Of a DNA stretch of 64,000 nt, positions 1 through 9,469 are shown one piece after another (within the stretch, counting starts at the first letter, position 1; each line of letters starts with the position of its first letter). Origin of the DNA: a virus (taxonomy: Duplodnaviria; Heunggongvirae; Uroviricota; Caudoviricetes); IMG/VR virus record IMGVR_UViG_3300022555_000023, positions 8,095-72,094 of that record, one strand, 5' to 3'. The translations under genes were made by a program, and so were the position numbers. The notes below the pieces were generated by a model. It worked only from the letters and a program-made list of their open reading frames with translations. It did no database searches and had not been told where the DNA came from.

Positions 1-1115
1 CCACCAAAGTCACGGGCGATCTTGGCGGGCATTTTGCCTGCGGGTGTGGGGCGATCAGCAGCCTGCCGCACACCAATGCGAGCACGGTTCGCGTCGGCGG
101 CTGCCTTATCGGCGGCCTGCACCCGCCGCGACATCGCCTCGTCGGTCGTGCTCAGTTGCGGTTTGGCAGCCGGTGGCGGAGCAACCGGGGCAGGCGGTGC
201 CACTGGTGCTGGGTTGGCAGCCTGCCACATGGCCTTGTGAGCGTCGTAAGCCTTCGCCGCCATGCGGTGGTGATTCTCGTTTTCCAGGGCCAGGGCGAAC
301 ATGGCCATCTTGTCGGGATCTTTGATCTTGCCGATGCGACGTTCCAGGGCGGCGTCGTCCATCGTCCTGAGACGCTTGTACTCATGGTCCATCGCCTTCT
401 CATAGGCACGCTCGCCCATGCGGTTGCGTAGATCGTCATGATCCGGCATTCGGTACTTGGCTCGTGGGGCGGCACCGCCGGATCCACCGCCGTTATCCGG
501 AGCCAACTTTGCTCCGCCCGCACCGCCCGACCACTGGTTACCGTGGAAAGGATGACCCGCAAGATCACCAAGCTCAAGGTCAAGGCCGCGGGAAAGCTTG
601 CCCGTGGACGACTTGTCGTCGTGATCAACGGCGGCGTCTTCGTGGGCACGGGCTAACGCACTGTAGGCCGCAGAAAGCTTCTCGTGCATGTCCTGGTGGT
701 TCGCGCCGTGCTCGGATGCCTCGCGACTATCGGCACGGTTATACTCCCTGCCGCGTAGCGGGCCGTCCGTGGGGCCGTCCTCGGCTGACTGACTGTATTT
801 GGCCGCCATCTTCTCAGCGTAGTCCTGGGCCGCACCGTGTGCGTTGGAGGCGGTGTCGTGATCGCTGCTGTTGCACTTCGGGCCGCACTTGCTGCTGGCC
901 TTCTGGGCATCATCTGAGGACGCCGTTACCTCGTCATCGTCATGGGTATCGACGCCCCGTTTGTCCGCTACACGCTTCAGGCGTTCGACGGTGTCGCGAG
1001 CCTTACCTACAGCGGCCCAGCGACCGTTCTCGTCGCGGGCCTGGTCGCCGCCCAGAGAAATAGCCTTGCCGCTAACCGGAAGGCTGAGAAACATATCGAC
1101 GATGAAGTTCTGCAT
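1..1115 (-). CDS. Partial CDS. The N-terminal 371 aa lie in the window and the C-terminus runs off the window start. One copy of the GNQY motif (LDLELGDLAGHPFHGNQW) sits near 533-586.
   Basis: Translating the minus strand by hand from ATG 1113-1115 gives MQNFIVDMFLSLPVSGK... with no stop down to position 1. It is missing from the ORF track because it has no in-window stop. Its N-terminus resembles the adjacent 1125..1646 protein (MQNYIVDLFLS). Confidence 0.7.
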   Translation of the reverse strand, partial: MQNFIVDMFLSLPVSGKAISLGGDQARDENGRWAAVGKARDTVERLKRVADKRGVDTHDDDEVTASSDDAQKASSKCGPKCNSSDHDTASNAHGAAQDYAEKMAAKYSQSAEDGPTDGPLRGREYNRADSREASEHGANHQDMHEKLSAAYSALARAHEDAAVDHDDKSSTGKLSRGLDLELGDLAGHPFHGNQWSGGAGGAKLAPDNGGGSGGAAPRAKYRMPDHDDLRNRMGERAYEKAMDHEYKRLRTMDDAALERRIGKIKDPDKMAMFALALENENHHRMAAKAYDAHKAMWQAANPAPVAPPAPVAPPPAAKPQLSTTDEAMSRRVQAADKAAADANRARIGVRQAADRPTPAGKMPAKIARDFG

Positions 1116-1124
1116 GATACCACC

Positions 1125-1646
1125 TTATTCGTAATATACGCCGCCCAGGTCTCCCCGCACCTTCTTCAGGCCGGCATCCAAGTTGGCTTGCTCCCGAGCA
1201 CTAACGCGTCGCGGCTTGGACTTGGCTTCAGGATGATCGGCCTCGATGGATTTGGCGGCAGCCTCGTTGGCTGCCTTGGCCTTCATCTGGGCACTGGCGG
1301 CTTCACCGTCACGAGTTACGTCGCGGTAGTCGACGTGATTGTAAGTATCCTCGTGCTCCAGCCACGCCTTCTTATGATATTTTGCTGCGGAACGGTAAGC
1401 CACAACGGCCTTGCCGAACTTGCCTTTGGCGAGATGACCCTTAGCCTCGTCTGCCTTGGCCTGGGCCATGTCCGCATGATTCTTGGCACCCATAGCACCG
1501 TTCAGTGCTCTGGTCTTAGCGTTGGCCTCGGACGACGCGGTCTCGGCTGATGCAGTATACTGATTGCCGTGAAACGCGTGACCCGCCACGTCGCCCAGAA
1601 CGAGCGACGGCTGGCTCAAGAATAGATCGACGATGTAATTCTGCAC
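1125..1646 (-). CDS. Hypothetical GNQY-motif protein of 173 aa (LVLGDVAGHAFHGNQY near the N-terminus). Rich in Ala and Lys.
   Basis: ORF on the coding strand of the operon. The motif is shared with four neighbouring genes. The N-terminus is paralogous to the 1..1115 ORF. Confidence 0.7.
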   Translation of the reverse strand: MQNYIVDLFLSQPSLVLGDVAGHAFHGNQYTASAETASSEANAKTRALNGAMGAKNHADMAQAKADEAKGHLAKGKFGKAVVAYRSAAKYHKKAWLEHEDTYNHVDYRDVTRDGEAASAQMKAKAANEAAAKSIEADHPEAKSKPRRVSAREQANLDAGLKKVRGDLGGVYYE

Positions 1647-1664
1647 GGCGGTCTCCTTTGATAT

Positions 1665-3203
1665 TTACTTCGCCAGAGCAGCCATACGCTCGGCCATCAC
1701 CACTGTCGCGGGACGTTCCAGAACCCATGCACCCTGGCTGAACACCAGAGGCAGGTTCTCGCCACGGCTCAGGGACACCAAACGTTCACCCGCGGCCTTG
1801 GCGAGGTCGTGTTTTCCCGCCCGCTTAAGGGCACCGACGAAGCGTTCCAGTTTGTCCTTGTTCTTGATCTTGTTGATGCGAGTGGCCAAGTCGCGGTCGT
1901 TCATGGTCAGAATTCGCATCTGCTCATGCTCTTCATTCGATGTGGCGGCCACCACCTTCTTCTCGGCCCGCCCGTAACTCTTGGTCTGACGGGCAGCCGG
2001 CTTGACGTCGCTGCGGAGAACGGGCTTGCCTTCACCTGGGGCACGCTCGACAATCCGCTTGGCCGCCGCACGGGCTCCCACCGCAGCACCAGCCTCGCCA
2101 CCGGCGTACTGGTTGCCGTGGAACGCGTGCCCGGCCTGTTCGAGAACGAGGTCGCCGTGGCTCAGGGAGGTGTCCTGACCACCGCCCTTCGCGTCCCACT
2201 TGTCGCAGTCGGCATCGTGCTTGGCCATCAGGGCGTTCATGGACGCACGGCTCGGGGCACCCTTCTTGCCGAAGGCCAGTTTCAGATCACCGCGACTCAG
2301 GGCTGCCGGTGCGGCTGCGGCTTCATCGTGGGACGCCTGGTTGATTTTCTTCCATCCCTTGTCGCGGCTGGCCCGCAGGGAATAGATATCCTCTAGCGGG
2401 ATGGCCCGCACGGGAATCTTCTTCTCGATGCCGCCCTGCTCCGCTGCCTTGGGCTTGCTGTTGCCGCCTTGCAGGAGATTCTTCTTGAGTTCCTTCACCT
2501 CTTCCGCCGGCAGGACGCGGCCCGTGGCATTGTCACGCCACTGCTCGTGCTCGCGTCGCACGTTGCCCTTGGCGTCGGTGTGCGGACGAAGCTGGAGGTA
2601 TTCACGTCCGGTATCGACGTGCTTGATGATCTGGGGGTTGTCGGCATCGTGCTGGCCGGCACCTTCGGGATGGGCCTTCGAGACCCACATGGGCTGCTTC
2701 TCGAAGTCCTGATCGAGACCCTCACGGCCCTGCTGGGCCTGCACGTTCTTCTCGTAATTGAACCCGACGTGGAAACGACCGACCGCTTCGCGGGTGACGC
2801 CCTGCGGGTACAGCTCCTCGGTCTTCTTGCCCTTGTTCGGATGCTCGCCGCCGTCCGCTGCGATGCCACGGTGCTTCTTGACCAGTTCACCGTTGGCTGC
2901 GGAGAAGACCTTACGGTGGGCGACGCTGATGATGTTGTTGCCCTTCTTGAGGTCGTTGTTCAGGAACTCGCGGGTCTTCGCACCGTGGATGCTGCCCGGC
3001 CCGTACTGGTTCCCGTGGAACTCGTGTCCCGTCACATCGCCCAATCGAAGAACTTCAAACTCGCCGCAGCCAAGGGACAGAAGGAGAACATCCGTCGTCG
3101 GCTTGCTGCTCGTGCCCAGCTTGATTTCCTTCGTACCGAAAAGCTGGTTACTCAGGCTCATGGCCCAGTCACCCACCGGACGGTTATCGAACATCCTCGT
3201 CAT
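1665..3203 (-). CDS. Hypothetical GNQY-motif protein of about 513 aa with two copies: LRLGDVTGHEFHGNQY near the N-terminus and LVLEQAGHAFHGNQY near residue 350.
   Basis: The ORF track gives 1665..3293, but an ATG at 3201-3203 has an AAAGGAGAA ribosome-binding site (MTRMFDNRPV...) and is the likely start. The reading frame is long and open. Confidence 0.7.
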   Translation of the reverse strand: MTRMFDNRPVGDWAMSLSNQLFGTKEIKLGTSSKPTTDVLLLSLGCGEFEVLRLGDVTGHEFHGNQYGPGSIHGAKTREFLNNDLKKGNNIISVAHRKVFSAANGELVKKHRGIAADGGEHPNKGKKTEELYPQGVTREAVGRFHVGFNYEKNVQAQQGREGLDQDFEKQPMWVSKAHPEGAGQHDADNPQIIKHVDTGREYLQLRPHTDAKGNVRREHEQWRDNATGRVLPAEEVKELKKNLLQGGNSKPKAAEQGGIEKKIPVRAIPLEDIYSLRASRDKGWKKINQASHDEAAAAPAALSRGDLKLAFGKKGAPSRASMNALMAKHDADCDKWDAKGGGQDTSLSHGDLVLEQAGHAFHGNQYAGGEAGAAVGARAAAKRIVERAPGEGKPVLRSDVKPAARQTKSYGRAEKKVVAATSNEEHEQMRILTMNDRDLATRINKIKNKDKLERFVGALKRAGKHDLAKAAGERLVSLSRGENLPLVFSQGAWVLERPATVVMAERMAALAK

Positions 3204-3231
3204 GACGATTCTCCTTTGTAAGATCATTTGA

Positions 3232-4299
3232 TTAGACAATACCCTGCAGCACGGCTGCTGTGCGTCCAACCATAGACGCGATGGTGACTCCAATCGGGTT
3301 CAGTAGCTGGCCCGCGTTCTTGGTTCCGCCGTTGGGCAGGATGACCCAATACGGATCGGTGCCCGCTGCTGGTGCGGCTATGCCAAGAATCTTACAGAAG
3401 TTGTAGGGACCGATGAGACCCGTAAGACCCAGACCGTTCGGGATGCCGGCGGCGGTCGGTGCTGTGCCGGTAATCGCCCGGTAGCACATGTAGGTGCTGC
3501 CGTTTGTCGCAAGCATCCCAGGAACGTAGGACGTACCGCCCGCGTAGGCTCCGGGCGAACCGATACTGGTCGTGGCCGTGATGCTGGTCAACCACCGCAT
3601 CGTGGTGTTGGGGTTGCCCCAGTCCTTGATGTTGTAAGCCTCGCTGTACTGAGCCAGACTTCCGCCCGTCGTCAGCAAGGTTCCAGGCTGGCGAGCGTTA
3701 CCGGACACTCCGTAGCCGTCGCTGACACCCTGCGAAACGTTGGGTCCGAAAAGCTGGGAGGTCTGACCTGCGGCGATGTTCTGCACGTCAACCCGCACCT
3801 GATCGAGGACGTCCACCACCGTACCGTAGACCGCCCGCAGTCCGATGACCGCACCCGTGCCGCTGCTGGCCGCACCGGAGGAGTTGACAGCCGTGGTCGT
3901 GGCGAAGCCCGCCTTGTATCCCGTACCGGGAACCAAGGGCAAGACGGCGGTCACACCGCCCGTCGCGCTGATTCTGGCCACCACCACCTTGCCGCCCGAC
4001 GCCCCGGTCTGCACCAGGGTCAGGATGTCGCCGATGCGGTAGTTCTGCCCCGCACCGCCCGGCTGTGTGGCAGCCTTGGCCCAGGGTAGAAGGTCCGAGC
4101 CTGACGTCAGCACCGCCCGTCGAAACGGCTTCTTGTAGAAGGCGTCGATGGCCGCGTACTGCGTGGCCGAGATGTAGCCCGCTGTCGTGCCCGGCCCAGT
4201 GTACATGAGGCGGGCCATTCGCAGCAGGGCGAACTGGAAGTAGCGAATCTTCCGCCGCGGCGGCATTTCGCTGGACTGGTAGGTCTTCAATGTGGCCAT
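3232..4299 (-). CDS. Putative virion structural protein of 355 aa. Gly-, Thr-, Ala- and Ser-rich and fibre-like. No family assigned.
   Basis: Long ORF in the operon. Low-complexity G/T/S-rich composition is typical of fibre or capsid-associated proteins. The call rests on position and composition only. Confidence 0.5.
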   Translation of the reverse strand: MATLKTYQSSEMPPRRKIRYFQFALLRMARLMYTGPGTTAGYISATQYAAIDAFYKKPFRRAVLTSGSDLLPWAKAATQPGGAGQNYRIGDILTLVQTGASGGKVVVARISATGGVTAVLPLVPGTGYKAGFATTTAVNSSGAASSGTGAVIGLRAVYGTVVDVLDQVRVDVQNIAAGQTSQLFGPNVSQGVSDGYGVSGNARQPGTLLTTGGSLAQYSEAYNIKDWGNPNTTMRWLTSITATTSIGSPGAYAGGTSYVPGMLATNGSTYMCYRAITGTAPTAAGIPNGLGLTGLIGPYNFCKILGIAAPAAGTDPYWVILPNGGTKNAGQLLNPIGVTIASMVGRTAAVLQGIV

Positions 4300-4320
4300 T
4301 GTAATGGTGCTCCGTATGGT

Positions 4321-4824
4321 TTACTGAACTTCGGCGTCCGCCGTGCCGGTGACACGCGCTTGCAGGCCCGCTTCCCGCATGGCACGCACCACGCGTGCCC
4401 CGCAGTCGATGATCACGATCATAGCGTCCGTCTCAATGCGGGCCTGTGCGCCATTTCGCGAGACGGTTTGTTGAATTGCGTAGGTGTCCGTTGACCGGCG
4501 ACGCAGAGTGGCCAGGGTGCGTTCCAACGCGTGCAGCCTGTTCACAATGGTCGGATCCGGTTCGGGCACGCTGCCCACCACCGTGGGATCGCCGAAGCGG
4601 CGTCGCAGGAGGATGCCCTGCATTTCCCAGATGGCTCGGGCCAATTCCGCCGTGCGGCTTGCCAGGCCATCACCTGTGGCGATGTCCTCGATATCGGCGA
4701 GGAGGACGTCAAGGACAGCCTCGTCGGGATATGGCGTGCGGGGCGGCGGAGTGTATTGCGGCTGCTCGCGGATGATGCGACGGCGGCTGCTGGTGTTCGT
4801 TGTTGATTCGGCTACTTCTGGCAT
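4321..4824 (-). CDS. Hypothetical protein of 167 aa
   Basis: ORF in the operon. Its N-terminus contains SSRRRII, a weak resemblance to the RRRIQT tag. Confidence 0.5.
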   Translation of the reverse strand: MPEVAESTTNTSSRRRIIREQPQYTPPPRTPYPDEAVLDVLLADIEDIATGDGLASRTAELARAIWEMQGILLRRRFGDPTVVGSVPEPDPTIVNRLHALERTLATLRRRSTDTYAIQQTVSRNGAQARIETDAMIVIIDCGARVVRAMREAGLQARVTGTADAEVQ

Positions 4825-4863
4825 TTCGGAAATCTCCTAATTCGGCTTCGGATGATCGCGGGC

Positions 4864-5613
4864 TTATTTGCCCGCCTTGTGCTGCTCCCATGCAGCTTTG
4901 TTGACGTAGTACTGGCTGTGCTCATGCACGCTTGGCGACTGCCCCTTGGGCGTGACCAGCACCTGATTGTTTTGGGATCGCGTCGCGCTGCCACCGGCGG
5001 GATTGTGCTCGACGTAATCGCCTGCGGGAAGATGACCCGCGTAGGGCACACCGGCCTGATATCCGTGCGACGGGATTTTGCCGGCGGGAACGGTGACGGC
5101 TGACGCGAGCTTTGTTGCTTCGGCGTCGTGATTGGCCGCCTCTTCGAGATGACCCTTGACCTTGTTCTGATACTCCCGCTTGTTCTCCTGCCACTTTTCT
5201 AATGGCTCGTAACCTTCATCCTCGTACCGTGACGCGGGGTATGGAACCTTGGGGGCGGCTGGGAAATCGTCGAGGGCCTCGTTGATGACACTGGCCGCAC
5301 GCCGGTTCAAGTCGGCTGCGGTCTTATGGGCCTCGGGCGTGTTCTTATCGTAAGCATCGTTCGTGGCGTCGATGGCCTTATCGGAAGCCTTATCGGGATC
5401 GCCGCCGTCCGTGTACTGATTGCCGCGAAACTTGTGGCCGGCAACATCACCCAGAACCAGGTCACCGCCACGAAGGTTATCATGACTCAAGGTCATGTCG
5501 GAAGCGTGGCCCGGCTTGATTCCCAAAAAGGTGTCAATGGTCTTGTTCAGGCTCGACATGATGTTACCTATGATACGATATGACGCAGCAGCACTGCAAG
5601 GGCTTAACTGCAT
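4864..5613 (-). CDS. Hypothetical GNQY-motif protein of 249 aa (LVLGDVAGHKFRGNQY near residue 45)
   Basis: The ORF and motif are coded at 5413-5466. A sigma-70-like promoter and a ribosome-binding site lie upstream. Confidence 0.7.
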   Translation of the reverse strand: MQLSPCSAAASYRIIGNIMSSLNKTIDTFLGIKPGHASDMTLSHDNLRGGDLVLGDVAGHKFRGNQYTDGGDPDKASDKAIDATNDAYDKNTPEAHKTAADLNRRAASVINEALDDFPAAPKVPYPASRYEDEGYEPLEKWQENKREYQNKVKGHLEEAANHDAEATKLASAVTVPAGKIPSHGYQAGVPYAGHLPAGDYVEHNPAGGSATRSQNNQVLVTPKGQSPSVHEHSQYYVNKAAWEQHKAGK

Positions 5614-5649
5614 TGACTTCCATAATACACGGTTGGGGCAATCTTAGCG

Positions 5650-5695
5650 ATACCATTACTTTTCTCATTTTACAATGATCTAAGTATGATCAACC
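5650..5695 (-). promoter_or_regulatory. Candidate sigma-70-like promoter on the minus strand (TTGATC, about 15 nt, then TAAAAT) in the 76-bp gap upstream of 4864..5613
   Basis: This is an AT-rich island in otherwise GC-rich DNA. The hexamers were read by eye. The spacing is short. Confidence 0.25.
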
Positions 5696-8600
5696 CTTGG
5701 CATGCTGCTCAGCTTGGCGACGATAGAATCGTGCCCGACCGAAGTGATTACTCGCTCGGTTCGTGCTGCCGGCAGCTCGGTGCTTCACGGCAGAATCGGC
5801 AAACGCCTCAGATGCCCTGACTGCCAACGAGGCTTTCTCGCCCGGTGATGCCGTGGATGCTCGGTACGCCTTGCCCGCCTGCTGGGCCGTCTTCATGGCC
5901 GCGTCAGCACGCTCCTGCATGGCCGCGTAAGCTGGATGATCCTTGAGCTTGCCCTTGCGGTCTTCAAACTCGTGGTCGCTGGCCCCGTGCTCGTGCAGGT
6001 GCATGAAGGCCATCAGGGCTCGGGCCTGCTCGTCATGGTCTTCGGTTCCGGGCTGGTCTCCGACCGCCTCGGCCAGCTTGGCGGCCTTCATGTGCTTCAC
6101 CGCGGCATCGCCCAGGCGGTTGCCGATCCAGTGGTGCATGGAATCCTCGATGTCGGGCGTCAGGGCCTGCGGCGGTCCACCGTGGTGGTGGGCGTTCATG
6201 GCCTCGCCCGCAGCTATGCGGGCGGCGTAGTCGGCCTGCTCGTACTGGATAGCCTTCTTCGCGTCGGGCTCCTTGGGCTGGCCAGCACTGTACTGATTGC
6301 CGCGGAATTCATGCCCCGCAACGTCACCAAGCTCCAGCGGCACATCCAGACTCAACCGAGCGTCGCGGGGGCGGCGGGGAGGATGGGCTTCAGCCTGGGC
6401 CTTGGCCGCGTTATCTCGCAGGGCCTGCATCCTGCCGGCGGATGGCAGTCTGACCACGTGCTCGCCTGCTCCGCGTATGCGTCGCGATTCCTCCTCGTGT
6501 TCGCGAGCCGCAGAGATTGCTGCCTTCTGGGCGGCGTGGTGCATGCTGGCGAACTCCAGGCTGACGTCACTGCCGTCTTCTTCATGATGCTGGGCGGCGA
6601 GAACATGACCTTTAGCAGCCTTCTGGAACTGCTCGGCGGCCTTATCATGATCTGCCGCCGCACCGGAGGCAATGGCTTTCTTCGCCGTCACCAGGGCCAC
6701 GTTGTTATCGCTGGTCGACGCGATGCTCTTGGCTAGTGCGCCCTTCTGCACCGTACCGGCTAGGGGGAACAACTTATAGTTCCGGATGGCGGCGTTAGCC
6801 TTGGCAGATGATTCTGTTGCCGTGAACTGGTTGCCATGAAACGCGTGCCCTGCGACGTCACCAAGCTCGATAGGTAGATCATGACTCAGGCCCTTGATCT
6901 GGAAATCATTCTGACGGCCCTGCACGTTGGCATTGTGAGCATCCCCGTACTTGCGACCATGCTCGTCATCATCTTCCGGGTTCCAGCCGGCGGCAATGGC
7001 CTGCCTACGCATCTCATCTGCCTGGAGACTCATGCGTTTTCCCTGAGCCATCGAAGTATGACGTGTTGCCAGGTCTTCCAGCTTCTCAGGATCATTGGCA
7101 GCACTCTTCGCCACGGGCAAACCACGGTTCTCATACACGCCCCGCACGGTTCTGCCGACAGCCGCAGCCTCCCTCAGATGACCCGCAGCATCGAGATGAT
7201 GCTGTATGGCCTCGGGTGTATCCCCGGCAGCCAGAGCCCGTGATGCTGCTTGTCCAGCCTGCGTTGTATGGTACTTGTGCTCAACGTAGGCTGACATACT
7301 TACATCATTTGCCGCCGCGTGCGTATCATCATGAAGTTGCTGAGCTGCCGTGACTGCATTGCTTTGCGCTACCGCCGGCAATGCAGTCAAATCTGTCTGG
7401 GGACGGTCATGATACGGCTCGATCATATTCTTACCCACGCTTTGCTGCGGGTTTATGGGCAGTCCCGCATCGTGCGTGATCACAACAGCATTGCCGCGGT
7501 CTTCGACGACCCGGAAGTCACGAGCATCATCTCCGGGATCCTGCCACTCCGGTTTGATGGCTACCCGCTGGCCTGCCAGGTACTGGCCGTGCTGCTCGGC
7601 GGCTCCCTCCAGATACTTAGCCGTCTCAATATGCTCTCGTGCCGCCATTCTGTGCTGGCCGCGTTCAAGCTGGGTCAGCCTTGGTGCCTCAGAGGCATTC
7701 GCATGACCTTCGGCGGCGTCGCGACAACGTGATGCTGCGGCAGAATACAGGCCGTCCTTGACGAGACGCTTCGCATCATCTGAAGCGTCCACATGACGTT
7801 TGCCAGCCCGTGCGCCCTTCGTACTGTTGGTGGCGTCACTAGCCTTCTTCACAGCATCAACGGCTCCCTGGTGCGTGTACTGATTCCCGTGGAACTCGTG
7901 ACCTGCAACGTCACCAAGCTCAAGATCAATATTTAGGCCATGACCTAAATTTAGGTCATCGGCTAACGCGGTGTCAGTTTGGCTCATGGCCATATCCTCT
8001 GGTTTGGTACTTCCAGTCCAAGACTGGAGATGATGGTTCGCCAGTTCCTGTAGGGCCTCGCCGGCAGAGCGACAGGCGTCGGCGGCGTCTTCATGATATG
8101 AATCGTGACCATCGGAACTGTTCAGGTCAGCATCGTTGTGCAGGTCGGCTGTGTGATGATACTCGTTCGCAGCCCTCGCACAGGCTTTGAAAGCAGCGTC
8201 GTTCGACCGGCCCGAGGCTGACTCCTTCAGGGCGACCACGGCTGCCGTGTTGGCCGCACCGTGTGCGTCGCGTGCGGCTGCTCCGCGGCGACCGGGCGGT
8301 GAGCCAATGGCTTCCTTGCTGGCCTTGGCGGCGTAGTCTACGGCCTCCTGTGCGGTCGCGGCGAACCTCCCACGGGCGTCCCGTTCCTGGCCCTCGCCGT
8401 GGCTGGCCCGCAGATCTCCCCGCAGGGCGGTAGCTCCGTCGCCAACAGCGTCGTCCTTGGGCTGGCACGTCTGGCCGCAGGTCGGGCACTTACCATCCTG
8501 ACACGCACCCTTGCAGGCCGGGCAGGTGGCATCCTGGCTCAATGCGGCGTCCTTACCGCCACCGATGAGAACCGGGTGTCCGTTGATCGTGACCCAATGA

Positions 8601-9469
8601 GCATCGTCCGGAAGTTTGGATCCGGCGTTGTGCGTGCGGGCCTTCACGCGGTGCTGGGATGCTGCATCGGACAGGCCCGCCTTCTCGGCCTTGCGGGCTG
8701 CGTCATTCCGGTCTAGATAAGCGTTCCTGTGCGCCCGCCGCAGGTTGACCAGATTGCCGTGGGACGGATCCGCACGGTGGGCGTCCTCGGCGGATTTGAC
8801 CTGGGACGCACGACGGTCGGCCCGTGCAGATGCCGTGGCGTGCTTCTTCAGGTTGCCAGCCTTTTCCTTTTCGGCCTTCTTGGCAGCTTCGGCCTTCGCC
8901 TTATCATCTGCAACCTTTTTATCGGCGGCGGCCTTCTCCCTGGCCAGTCGTTGGCTGCGGGCCACGAAGCCCTCCTGTGGAGTCTGGGCGAGATTTCTGC
9001 GGCCCACGTTAAGAACGCGTCCAATAGCACGGTCGCCAAACACGTTCGTGTTCCAGGCCCCGCCCCGTCCGCGGTTGCGGCCCGCGTCGGTTCGGTCCTT
9101 GACGAACTTCTGCCAGTGCTTCTTGTCGGCTGCGGACATCATATCATGGGAGATCTCGTGATGCCCGCCGGGGTTGGCCTCCTGGTCATGCATCATATCG
9201 TATGCATGGTCGGCAGACTTGGCCGGGCCGTACAGGTTACCTTCTGATATTCCGGGCTGCTCGATGTAGTCGCTGTGGAAGTCGCTGCCCATCTCCGACC
9301 GCATGCGGTCGGCTTTATCTTCATCGGGATAAGGTGCGACGGCGCAGTACCATTTGCCCTTCTCGGGTTCAAAGACCACGCAGTCCCGCTGCACGGACAG
9401 AATCAGGGCGGGCATCTCAACGGGGATATCTAGGGCTGACATGATACATCCTTGGTTAGCGGCGGGCAT
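5690..9469 (-). CDS. Giant hypothetical protein of 1259 aa with three copies of the GNQY motif (coded near 7876-7930, 6822-6878 and 6291-6338). Rich in Ala, Lys, Glu, Asp and His, with coiled-coil-like stretches and a Cys cluster CPACKGACQDGKCPTCGQTC.
   Basis: This is the longest ORF in the window. The repeats are spaced roughly 300 aa apart. The composition resembles internal virion proteins, ejection proteins or tape-measure-like proteins. The function is unknown. Confidence 0.75.
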   Translation of the reverse strand: MPAANQGCIMSALDIPVEMPALILSVQRDCVVFEPEKGKWYCAVAPYPDEDKADRMRSEMGSDFHSDYIEQPGISEGNLYGPAKSADHAYDMMHDQEANPGGHHEISHDMMSAADKKHWQKFVKDRTDAGRNRGRGGAWNTNVFGDRAIGRVLNVGRRNLAQTPQEGFVARSQRLAREKAAADKKVADDKAKAEAAKKAEKEKAGNLKKHATASARADRRASQVKSAEDAHRADPSHGNLVNLRRAHRNAYLDRNDAARKAEKAGLSDAASQHRVKARTHNAGSKLPDDAHWVTINGHPVLIGGGKDAALSQDATCPACKGACQDGKCPTCGQTCQPKDDAVGDGATALRGDLRASHGEGQERDARGRFAATAQEAVDYAAKASKEAIGSPPGRRGAAARDAHGAANTAAVVALKESASGRSNDAAFKACARAANEYHHTADLHNDADLNSSDGHDSYHEDAADACRSAGEALQELANHHLQSWTGSTKPEDMAMSQTDTALADDLNLGHGLNIDLELGDVAGHEFHGNQYTHQGAVDAVKKASDATNSTKGARAGKRHVDASDDAKRLVKDGLYSAAASRCRDAAEGHANASEAPRLTQLERGQHRMAAREHIETAKYLEGAAEQHGQYLAGQRVAIKPEWQDPGDDARDFRVVEDRGNAVVITHDAGLPINPQQSVGKNMIEPYHDRPQTDLTALPAVAQSNAVTAAQQLHDDTHAAANDVSMSAYVEHKYHTTQAGQAASRALAAGDTPEAIQHHLDAAGHLREAAAVGRTVRGVYENRGLPVAKSAANDPEKLEDLATRHTSMAQGKRMSLQADEMRRQAIAAGWNPEDDDEHGRKYGDAHNANVQGRQNDFQIKGLSHDLPIELGDVAGHAFHGNQFTATESSAKANAAIRNYKLFPLAGTVQKGALAKSIASTSDNNVALVTAKKAIASGAAADHDKAAEQFQKAAKGHVLAAQHHEEDGSDVSLEFASMHHAAQKAAISAAREHEEESRRIRGAGEHVVRLPSAGRMQALRDNAAKAQAEAHPPRRPRDARLSLDVPLELGDVAGHEFRGNQYSAGQPKEPDAKKAIQYEQADYAARIAAGEAMNAHHHGGPPQALTPDIEDSMHHWIGNRLGDAAVKHMKAAKLAEAVGDQPGTEDHDEQARALMAFMHLHEHGASDHEFEDRKGKLKDHPAYAAMQERADAAMKTAQQAGKAYRASTASPGEKASLAVRASEAFADSAVKHRAAGSTNRASNHFGRARFYRRQAEQHAKG

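Noticed and set aside
4857-4874. GC-rich hairpin (gcgggc-ttattt-gcccgc) over the stop codon of 4864-5613, considered as an intrinsic terminator
   Set aside because: No U-tract follows on the transcribed strand. The next gene starts 40 nt downstream with its own ribosome-binding site. At most it is an attenuator or RNA-stability element.
1-9469. Reading GHEFHG in the repeated motif as a zincin HExxH metalloprotease site
   Set aside because: The spacing is H-E-F-H (HExH), one residue short of HExxH. There is no downstream third ligand. Several copies have Ala or Lys instead of Glu.
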